64,000 bases of DNA from an uncultured Eubacteriales bacterium (lineage in GTDB: Bacteria; Actinomycetota; Coriobacteriia; Anaerosomatales; JAAXUF01), in contig CAYMAN010000008.1 of NCBI GenBank assembly GCA_964388455.1, forward strand, positions 12,289 to 76,288, in the 5' to 3' direction. How positions within the stretch are numbered: position 1 is the first letter of the stretch; every line of letters starts with the position of its first letter. Below the pieces are notes generated by a model. It searched no databases. It saw only the letters and a program-made list of their open reading frames with translations, and was not told where the DNA came from. Positions 28,249 to 35,971 of the stretch are shown in pieces. Position numbers and translations under genes: made by a program.

Positions 28249-28333
28249 CTGGACTGTGAGGAACCCGCGCGGACCGCGCTGATTCGCAGGTTCGGTCGCA
28301 GCCGCAGCACACGTCGCAGATGGGAGCTTCCTC

Positions 28334-30472
28334 GTGAACACTACACACCTCGGCATGCACCGAGTGGCAGCATGGGCGGCAGTCGTCGTCACGGCAGCGG
28401 CCGTGCTCATGACCCCCTCGATCGCACACGCAGACGTCACCTACACCATCACCGGTGGCGGTTGGGGTCACGGCATCGGCCTTTCGCAGTGGGGCGCTCA
28501 GGGCTACGCGAAGCAAGGCTGGTCCTACGCCGACATCGTCCGTTGGTACTACGGTGCCGACAAGGACGGATCGAGCAGCGGGGTGCAGGTACCTACGCTC
28601 GCGTCGCTCGGCAAGAACGCCAATCCGTACGTCAACGTCGACCTAGATAAGTCCAAGGCCACGCGGAAGTCGTGGACGCTGCGTGGATGGCAGTCGCGAC
28701 TCAAGGTCAGCGACAACGCGGGTACTACACCGATCTATCTCGCCAAGAACAGCTACAACAAGTTCACCGTCTCCGGCGGCAAGGTGAAGGTGGGGACGTC
28801 GACGTTCTCGGGAACGGTCACCATCCAGTCCGTTGACGCGGCTTCCTCGGGCAATCTTGTCGTCGTCAAGGACAACAGCGGACCTCCGCTGCACAAGAAC
28901 TATCCAAACGGCTACTCGTATCTGCGCTATCGCGGCGTGATTCGGTTGACCGTCGTGGGTGACAAGCTTCGCTGCGTGAACCGTCTGCGGATGGAGCAGT
29001 ATCTGTACGGCGTCGTGCCCCGTGAGAGTCCATCGTCGTTTGATGCAGATGCACTCGGAGCGCAGGCAATAGCGGCCAGGTCGTACGCTTGGGCGAGCAA
29101 CCCGCCCACAGCGGGCACTCCGTCGGCGCTCTCCGGCACCCTGTACTGCACGACGAGCAGCCAGGTGTACGGCGGACACTCGCGCCTGGTCGGCGGCAGC
29201 GACACCAACATCGACCCGCATGAGGCCGCGAGCACCAACGCTGCGGTCGACGCGACTGCGGGCAAAATCGTCTACCACGCTCCGACCAAGGTCGTGGTCA
29301 AGGCGTTCTTCTCGTCATCTTCTGGCGGACACACCGCCAACGTCGAGGATGTCTGGGTCACAGGGGACCCCAAGCCGTACTACAAGGGCGTGGCCGATGC
29401 CGACCAAGGAACCGCCAACTACGCCTGGCCGCCGGTGCAGAAGACAGGGGCGCAGATAGGCGAGGCCCTGCGCGACAAGGACAACGGCTCGAGCAACACC
29501 GCTCCGCTCGACTACTCCGCCCCGTCGCCCGCGACGGTGAGCTCGGTGTCACTGGAGAAGGCGTCATCAGGTTACGTTCGCTACATGACGGTGAAGTGGT
29601 CCAACGGGTCGTCCTATCGGATACAAGGCACCACGTTCCAGAGTGCACTGGGTCTTAAGTCGAGCAAGTTCAACGTCGCGGTTCCGTCGTTTGGGACGCG
29701 TTACGAGCAGACCGACACACGCATCGCGTACGTGGACACGTGGTCGACCTACTCCACCGGCAATATGTCGGGTGGTTCGTACCGGTTTGCTTCGCGTGTC
29801 GGTCCCACCGCGACCATCATGTTCACCGGCACCGGTTTCCGCTGGATCGCGCCGACGGCCGCATCGTACGGTAAGGCCGACGTGTATCTCGACGGCGTGA
29901 AGCAGACGACTGTCTCGCTGTACTCGTCGACCACCAAGTACAAGCAAGAGGTCTGGAGCGTCACGGGTCTGGCGGCGGGTCCCACCCACAAGGTGCAGAT
30001 CGTTCCGCTCGGCACGAAGGAGGCTGCGAGCAAGGGCGTCTACGTTGGCATCGATGCCGTTGAGATTGCAGACGGAGGCCTCAGTAGGGCGCCCAAGACT
30101 CGTTGGGAACAAAACGATTCGGCAATCGGCTCGAGAGGCACATGGACCAACAACGTCAACTCGGTCATGTCCAGCGGCAGCTATGCCTGGAGCACATCGC
30201 CCACGGCGTGGAAGCGCCTGTACTTCACCGGTACCGGCGTGAAGTGGATCACCGCGACCAACTCCACGTACGGCAAGGCGTGGGTGTACGTCGACCAGCG
30301 CGCCCCCGTGCTGGTGGATCTGTACTCGGCCAGCGTACAGCCGCGCGTCGCGGTCTACGATTCAGGGACACTGCCGGCCGGCACGCACGCCATCAGAATC
30401 GTGCCCGCGGGCCAGAAGAACGACGCTTCGACCGGCACGTACGTCGGGGTCGATGCGTTCGATGTTCGCTAG
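28334..30472 (+). CDS. Secreted SpoIID/LytB-domain lytic transglycosylase-like protein with two C-terminal beta-sandwich (CBM-like) repeats
   Basis: Signal peptide AHA; GWGHGIGLSQWGA, EQYLYGVVPRE, AQAIAARSY, QVY and FSSSSGGHT motifs; duplicated FTGTG.(R/K)WI...YGKA.VY.D domains. Confidence 0.88.
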   Translation: MNTTHLGMHRVAAWAAVVVTAAAVLMTPSIAHADVTYTITGGGWGHGIGLSQWGAQGYAKQGWSYADIVRWYYGADKDGSSSGVQVPTLASLGKNANPYVNVDLDKSKATRKSWTLRGWQSRLKVSDNAGTTPIYLAKNSYNKFTVSGGKVKVGTSTFSGTVTIQSVDAASSGNLVVVKDNSGPPLHKNYPNGYSYLRYRGVIRLTVVGDKLRCVNRLRMEQYLYGVVPRESPSSFDADALGAQAIAARSYAWASNPPTAGTPSALSGTLYCTTSSQVYGGHSRLVGGSDTNIDPHEAASTNAAVDATAGKIVYHAPTKVVVKAFFSSSSGGHTANVEDVWVTGDPKPYYKGVADADQGTANYAWPPVQKTGAQIGEALRDKDNGSSNTAPLDYSAPSPATVSSVSLEKASSGYVRYMTVKWSNGSSYRIQGTTFQSALGLKSSKFNVAVPSFGTRYEQTDTRIAYVDTWSTYSTGNMSGGSYRFASRVGPTATIMFTGTGFRWIAPTAASYGKADVYLDGVKQTTVSLYSSTTKYKQEVWSVTGLAAGPTHKVQIVPLGTKEAASKGVYVGIDAVEIADGGLSRAPKTRWEQNDSAIGSRGTWTNNVNSVMSSGSYAWSTSPTAWKRLYFTGTGVKWITATNSTYGKAWVYVDQRAPVLVDLYSASVQPRVAVYDSGTLPAGTHAIRIVPAGQKNDASTGTYVGVDAFDVR
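29696..30469 (+). repeat. Two tandem ~134-aa domain repeats (402-nt period)
   Basis: TRYEQTD...SGGSY...FTGTGFRWI...YGKADVY...YVGIDA at 29696 versus TRWEQND...SSGSY...FTGTGVKWI...YGKAWVY...YVGVDA at 30098. Confidence 0.85.
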
Positions 30473-30517
30473 ATCGCTGACCCGCGCCGAGAGGCACCTG
30501 TCACCTGAAGGGACTTC

Positions 30518-31879
30518 GTGAGCTGCGACGTACTGAGTCTCGAGTGGTCGAGCGCCGGCCGTGACATCGAGATCGTCGAACCGGTCCTGTGCCATCTCGA
30601 GATGACGCAGGGCCTCGTCGTTCGCCGCGAGTCCATTCTCGACGCTCCCGCTGTGATCGCCGAGGCGAAACCCCGCCTGCTGCTGATCTCGAACCAGGGT
30701 GGCGCGACCCCCAACTTCCGTGCGGTGCGATTCGCGTCGCAGCGGGGGGTGCCGGTGGTGACACTCGTGTCCGAGGGGATGTTCCCTGACGACTCTCAGA
30801 CGGTGCAGCGCATGTGGTGGGGCAACAACACCGACGAGGTCGTCTACGAGAATCTGAACCTCCAGTGGTCGCAGCGCTCAGTCGACCTGATCAGAGGTTA
30901 CGTTCCCGGTGCCGAGGAGTTTCCGATCGAAGTCTCCGGTGCAACCGGATTCGATCGCTACCGGCTCTTCACGTGGGCCTCGCGTGAGCAGTTGTTGCAG
31001 CGGCTCCAGCGCCCCGGCTTCTCTCGGATCGTCGGATTCGCAGGATGGACGTTCTGTCACGTGCTCGGCTCGTACTACGAGCGCAATCGTGACGCGGTCG
31101 ACATCGTCGTGGGTGGCCCCGCCGCCGCCGAGAAGCACGCTGCCCAATTGCCCGAGGTGCGGACGGTTCTGCGTCAGGCGGTCGATGCCAATCCGGACGT
31201 GCTGTTCGTTCTCAAGGAGCATCCAGGACTGACCGACGCCGAGTTCTCTGAGTTCTCCGAGCTTGGCGATCGCCCGAATGTGGTCATCGTCGGTCGTGCC
31301 GGCGCTGGTTCCGACATCAACGTCTCCGACCTCATCAGTGCGTCGGACCTGTGGCTCGCCTACGAGTCGACCACTACACTCGAGGCGTGGATGCTTGCGA
31401 CGCCGACCGCGCTCGTCAACCCCCTCGGCGACTTCAAGCGCTCGCGGGTCTCGGGCGGTAGTCCGCTCTACACGACTCTTGCACAGCTGCAATCTGCCAT
31501 CGATGCGATCCGCGACGACCTCCCGATTCCCGGCTTCGACGAGCTCGAAGGCCGCCGCCGTGAGCTCGAGGCCGAGGTCATCGGCTACTCCGACGGGGCC
31601 AACCACGTTCGAGCCGCGCAGTGGGTGCAGAAGGTGCTGGAGGACCCGGGCGCCGCGCACCCCAGCGCGCTCGGCGACGACGCGAGCGCGGAGCTGACGC
31701 GAGCGCGGCGCACTCGGCTGCTCGAGCGGCTGGGGGTCTTGCGCCTGCCGCGGTATCGTCGGCTGCGCGAGGAGCGTGCCCGGATGCGGGCCAAGTACGA
31801 TCCTGCGGAGCGCGAGCAGATCCGAGCGCGCTATACCCGGGCGCTCGCGGAGTTCCATGGCAGCGAGGCGGGCTCATGA
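30518..31879 (+). CDS. Uncharacterised GT-B-fold protein, candidate CMP-nonulosonate (pseudaminyl) transferase
   Basis: GATGFDRY, FVLKEHP and SDLWLAYESTTTLEAWML resemble the KxHP and S-T-x-x-x-E-A motifs of CMP-ulosonate transferases; near the pse operon. Confidence 0.6.
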   Translation: MSCDVLSLEWSSAGRDIEIVEPVLCHLEMTQGLVVRRESILDAPAVIAEAKPRLLLISNQGGATPNFRAVRFASQRGVPVVTLVSEGMFPDDSQTVQRMWWGNNTDEVVYENLNLQWSQRSVDLIRGYVPGAEEFPIEVSGATGFDRYRLFTWASREQLLQRLQRPGFSRIVGFAGWTFCHVLGSYYERNRDAVDIVVGGPAAAEKHAAQLPEVRTVLRQAVDANPDVLFVLKEHPGLTDAEFSEFSELGDRPNVVIVGRAGAGSDINVSDLISASDLWLAYESTTTLEAWMLATPTALVNPLGDFKRSRVSGGSPLYTTLAQLQSAIDAIRDDLPIPGFDELEGRRRELEAEVIGYSDGANHVRAAQWVQKVLEDPGAAHPSALGDDASAELTRARRTRLLERLGVLRLPRYRRLREERARMRAKYDPAEREQIRARYTRALAEFHGSEAGS

Positions 31880-32652
31880 GGATCATCATCCTGTCGGATT
31901 CACTTGGCCGACCTCGGCCACATCTTGCCGCCGAGGAAGCGACGGAGTACGAGCAGACATACGGCTACCTGCTGCGTACCGCGCTGGACGCAGCCGACGA
32001 GGTCGAGATCGCGTACGTGGAGTCGCTCGACTCGATCGAAGCGCGTCACTGGTCGCAGCGCATGGTGGCGTATCGGCGCCCGGACGTCGCCATCTTCCAC
32101 TTTGGCATCAACGACTGCGCGCCACGGCTCTTCAAGAAGGGTAACCGCGCGCTCGCGCTGCGACCGTGGTTCCGCAAGGCGACCGGGGACGTCGTGATGA
32201 AGACGATGAGCCGTTACCGCCGGCACGTGACGCGTCTGCGCCCGATGACCTACACAACGCCCGCCGAGTTCGAGGCGAACCTCCGCCATGTCGTCGAGGA
32301 CGTGCGCACCTACAGCCCGGAAGCCAGCTTCATCGCGATCTCCATCGCGCTCGCACCCGAGCGACTCAACCGCCGCAGCACCGGCATGAACGCGAACGTC
32401 GTCGCCTACAACGCCATCATCGAGCGAGTCTTTGGCGACGGCTACGTCGAGATCAACGAGCTCACGGGCGGCGAATCGGGCCTGCTCTCCGACGGCATCC
32501 ACCTCACCGCCACCAGTCACGAGCGCCTCGCCGAGGAACTCGAGCGCCGGATACGGGCGCTGCCGCACTCGGTGTCGGGCACGAGGCCAGGCGCGGCGCC
32601 GGGCACGCTGCCGGAAGCGGCGCCGGGCGCTCCACTGGAAGCGGCGGAGTAG
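31876..32652 (+). CDS. SGNH/GDSL hydrolase family protein
   Basis: Block I SDSLG, block III FGINDC, block V DGIH; ATGA overlap with the upstream gene. Confidence 0.85.
   Translation: MRIIILSDSLGRPRPHLAAEEATEYEQTYGYLLRTALDAADEVEIAYVESLDSIEARHWSQRMVAYRRPDVAIFHFGINDCAPRLFKKGNRALALRPWFRKATGDVVMKTMSRYRRHVTRLRPMTYTTPAEFEANLRHVVEDVRTYSPEASFIAISIALAPERLNRRSTGMNANVVAYNAIIERVFGDGYVEINELTGGESGLLSDGIHLTATSHERLAEELERRIRALPHSVSGTRPGAAPGTLPEAAPGAPLEAAE
32593..32646 (+). repeat. Short imperfect 24-bp tandem repeat (2.25 copies) encoding the AAPGxxxE tail
   Basis: GCGGCGCCGGGCACGCTGCCGGAA, GCGGCGCCGGGCGCTCCACTGGAA, GCGGCG. Confidence 0.7.
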
Positions 32653-32654
32653 CC

Positions 32655-34505
32655 ATGTGCGGAATCACCGGATTCGTCTCCCTCAATCGGCCGAGAAGCC
32701 TCCACGGCTATTACGACGCGCATCGGCTCATCGCGCACCGCGGACCCGACGACGAGGGCTTCGTCGTCGATGACGGCCGCTCGTGTCGCCCTCTACGTGG
32801 CGATGACTCGATCGCCCACTTCGACGCGCTCGCGCCGCTTGCCAGCATCGCCGATGCCGAGTGCGTCCTCGGCCACAGGCGCCTCGCGATCATCGATCTG
32901 ACGCATCAGGGGCACCAGCCGTTCTCGGACTCGACCGGGCGCTACTGGCTCGCCTACAACGGTGAGCTCTACAACTACCTCGAGCTGCGCGCCGAGCTGG
33001 TCACGCTCGGTCACGAGTTCCACACGGATTCCGATACCGAGGTCGTCTTGCACGCGATCATCGAGTGGGGGAACGAGGCGTACGGACGCTTCAACGGTAT
33101 GTGGTCCACGGCGCTCTGGGACTCGCGGGAACGCACGCTGCAGCTCTGCCGAGACCGCTTTGGCATCAAGCCGCTCTACCTCTCGCGCGCCGATGGTGCC
33201 GTGTGGTTCGCAAGCGAGTTGCGCTTCTTGCTGGCTCTGGCGCCGATAGCCGCGACGCCCGACGCGGTCGCCATCGACGACTACCTGCGCCGCTCCTGGC
33301 TCAGCCACTCGGAACGCACGATGGTCTCCGGCATCGAGGAGCTCCCGCCCGGGCACAGCCTCACCATCACCGCCGACGGCGAGCGGATGCACCGCTACTG
33401 GACCTTCGAGCCGCACCCGGTGCGTCGATCCGCCGAGGAAGCGCTCGACGAGTTCGCGGCCATCTTCGAGGACTCGCTGCGACTGCGGATGCGAGCTGAC
33501 GTCGAGGTCGGCACGCTGCTTTCGGGCGGTCTCGACTCGTCGCTTATCGTGGGCGGGCTGCATCGCCTCGGGCTCATCGGCGAACACGGGTTCAAGGCGT
33601 TCTCGGCGGACTTCGACGATGTGCGGTTCAGTGAGCGTCGCTTCGCCGACCTGGTCGCTGGGCGCGTCGGCGCCGAGCAGCACATCATCAAGCCGAGCTG
33701 GGACGAACTCGCGGGTGGAGGACTCGACGCGCTCATCGACACCATCGAGGAGCCGTTCCGCTCGCTGTCGGTCCACTCGCAGAACCGCATCTACCGTGCC
33801 GTGCGCGCCGAGACCGGCGTGACGGTGCTACTCAACGGCCAGGGCGCCGACGAGCTCTTTGGCGGCTATACGCGGCACTACTGGCAGCACATCGCCGCGC
33901 TGCTGCGGAAGGGCCGCGTGCCGTCGGCGATTCGCGAGGCGCGGGTCTTCTCGGCGGAGCGCGACGTGGCGTCAAAGGCGCTGCTGTCGGGCGTGTGGCG
34001 CAAGTACAAAGAGGCGCTGCGCACGCCCGACTACTTCAACCGCGTGACGTTTGGCGAGGTCACGCACTCGGCGCTGCGCGAGTACTTGCGCTACGACGAC
34101 CGCAACTCGATGGCGTACAGCCTCGAGGCACGCGTGCCGTTCCTTGACTACCGCCTGGTGGAGTTCGCGTTCACGCTCGACGATCGATTCAAGATCGACG
34201 ATCGCGAGAACAAGCTCATCGAACGCCGTTACGCGCGGGGCATAGTGCCTGATGAGGTCGTCGACCGCACGGATAAGATGGGCTTCGTCTCGCCCCAAGA
34301 GGTGTGGCAGCGTACCGTGATGCGCGCCGATCTCGAGGCTGCGCTGCCCGGTATGGAGGCGTCGCCCGTGTTGGGGGCGCTGGCCGGCCGTGACGGCTAC
34401 CTCGACCGCTACCGGTCGTATCTCGCGGGGACCAGCAACGACTGGGCGTTCGCGTGGCGCATGTACTGCCTGTCGCGCTGGGCGACGCTCCGCGGCTTCG
34501 CGTAG
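32655..34505 (+). CDS. asnB: Asparagine synthase (glutamine-hydrolysing)-family amidotransferase
   Basis: MCGI N-terminal nucleophile, HRGPD, HRRLAIIDL, NGELYN, RDRFGIKPL, LSGGLDSS, GQGADE and EARVPFLD motifs. Confidence 0.93.
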   Translation: MCGITGFVSLNRPRSLHGYYDAHRLIAHRGPDDEGFVVDDGRSCRPLRGDDSIAHFDALAPLASIADAECVLGHRRLAIIDLTHQGHQPFSDSTGRYWLAYNGELYNYLELRAELVTLGHEFHTDSDTEVVLHAIIEWGNEAYGRFNGMWSTALWDSRERTLQLCRDRFGIKPLYLSRADGAVWFASELRFLLALAPIAATPDAVAIDDYLRRSWLSHSERTMVSGIEELPPGHSLTITADGERMHRYWTFEPHPVRRSAEEALDEFAAIFEDSLRLRMRADVEVGTLLSGGLDSSLIVGGLHRLGLIGEHGFKAFSADFDDVRFSERRFADLVAGRVGAEQHIIKPSWDELAGGGLDALIDTIEEPFRSLSVHSQNRIYRAVRAETGVTVLLNGQGADELFGGYTRHYWQHIAALLRKGRVPSAIREARVFSAERDVASKALLSGVWRKYKEALRTPDYFNRVTFGEVTHSALREYLRYDDRNSMAYSLEARVPFLDYRLVEFAFTLDDRFKIDDRENKLIERRYARGIVPDEVVDRTDKMGFVSPQEVWQRTVMRADLEAALPGMEASPVLGALAGRDGYLDRYRSYLAGTSNDWAFAWRMYCLSRWATLRGFA

Positions 34506-34577
34506 GACTCGCGGCCGCATGACCGCATCTGCCGCACCAGCCGCACCAGCCGCGCACCCGCGGCGGCGCGGCGCCCC

Positions 34578-35822
34578 TCAGCCGAAGAGCAGAGCCCGAT
34601 ACCGCTCGGCGATCGTTGCGTAGACGTACGCGTCGAGACCCACGGCCTCGCTGATCGCGCTCGGGTCGCGCTGCCACAGCGCGTACACCTCGCGCAGGAC
34701 GCTCCGAATCGACTCCGGGTCCGACGCCTCGGTGTTCCAGCCCAGCCGGTGCTCTTCGACGAACTCCGCCGACGATCCGCCGGAGTTCAAACTGATCACG
34801 GGCCTGCCAGCGTAACCGTACTCGTAGATCTTGGTCGACAGAGCGAATGGAACGTTGCCCGCGTTGAAGTGCAGGCAGGCGAATGCGTCGTCCATGCGCG
34901 CGGCGATCTCCGTGCCGCTGACGCGCGGGTTGACCGCCAACGTCCCGGCCTCGATGAGGTCGGCGAACCGCTCACGCACGTCGCCCGGGAACCCGCCGTA
35001 GCTCACGATGGTCAGCTCGGGCATCTCGGCGCGTAGGTCTCGGACGACTTTCAGGAGCTGGATCAGCGGCTGCTTGCGTCCCAGGAACAGGTTGCCGCCG
35101 TGCAGCAGCGTGAACGGACGCGGGCGGCGCAGCGGCGTGACCGAGAAGTCTTCGGGGTCAAAACCGTTGCGTACCGTGACCACCTCGTGGCCCGGGTGAC
35201 CAGCGGCGACGATCTCGCTCAGAGCCTCAGTGACCGTGACGACCACATCCGCGCCGTCGACGAGCTCGTTCTCGAGTCCAAGGATCCGCTCGCGCGTCTC
35301 GGCGGGGCCATCGATCACCGAGGGGAGGTCGGCCCACGGGTCGCGGAACTCCTGGATGAGTCGGATGTCAGGTCGCTGCGCCTTCAGCCGAGCAGACCAC
35401 ACACACGAGTAGAACGGTGCACCGGTCGCGACCACGGTGGTGAAGCCGTCGTCGATCGCTCGCCTCGCAGCTGGGAGCAGCGTTGTGCCCCAGAAACGCG
35501 CGTCGTCACCCCATCCGCGTGCGTCGACAAAGCCCAGGACCGCGCGCCGGAAGCGCTTGGCGATCTTGCCCGGCACGCTGCTCCGGTAGACGCGCCTGCG
35601 CCAGTGGTGGAATCCACGGCAGGGCACGCGCTCGATCGTGATGTTTTCGCTGACGACGTCGCGCATCAGAGTGTCTGTCTCGGCGCCCCAATCCACGGTG
35701 AGGACGTGCACGTGGACGCCGGAGCGCGCGAGGTACTTCGCGAGCTTGGTCCACCGTTTGGATCCGACTTCCGCGTAGGGCGGAAAGTGGAACGCGATCA
35801 AGAGGAGCTTCTCCTCGGGCAT
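34578..35822 (-). CDS. GT4-like glycosyltransferase
   Basis: IAFHFPP...KRW, FRDPW, RNGFD and STKIYEY motifs. Confidence 0.85.
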   Translation of the reverse strand: MPEEKLLLIAFHFPPYAEVGSKRWTKLAKYLARSGVHVHVLTVDWGAETDTLMRDVVSENITIERVPCRGFHHWRRRVYRSSVPGKIAKRFRRAVLGFVDARGWGDDARFWGTTLLPAARRAIDDGFTTVVATGAPFYSCVWSARLKAQRPDIRLIQEFRDPWADLPSVIDGPAETRERILGLENELVDGADVVVTVTEALSEIVAAGHPGHEVVTVRNGFDPEDFSVTPLRRPRPFTLLHGGNLFLGRKQPLIQLLKVVRDLRAEMPELTIVSYGGFPGDVRERFADLIEAGTLAVNPRVSGTEIAARMDDAFACLHFNAGNVPFALSTKIYEYGYAGRPVISLNSGGSSAEFVEEHRLGWNTEASDPESIRSVLREVYALWQRDPSAISEAVGLDAYVYATIAERYRALLFG

Positions 35823-35971
35823 GCAGGGTCCCCATCGTTCTTTCAATCCGCGGAAAGGTGACGTTAGTGTACCGTGATTCGCTTCCGCGCCATCCTGCGG
35901 TGGTGACCGTGTAGAATCTGCATGTCCCACCAGCGGTACCGAATCCGACGTCTGCTCGAGAGGCATCCTCT

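Noticed and set aside
28334-30472. SpoIID and SpsF-like genes as evidence of sporulation
   Set aside because: Both families are widespread in non-sporulating bacteria, and no other sporulation genes are in the window.
34531-34553. 9-bp tandem repeat GCCGCACCA x2.5 between convergent genes
   Set aside because: Too short to be a CRISPR array or a meaningful VNTR; not in a promoter or coding region.
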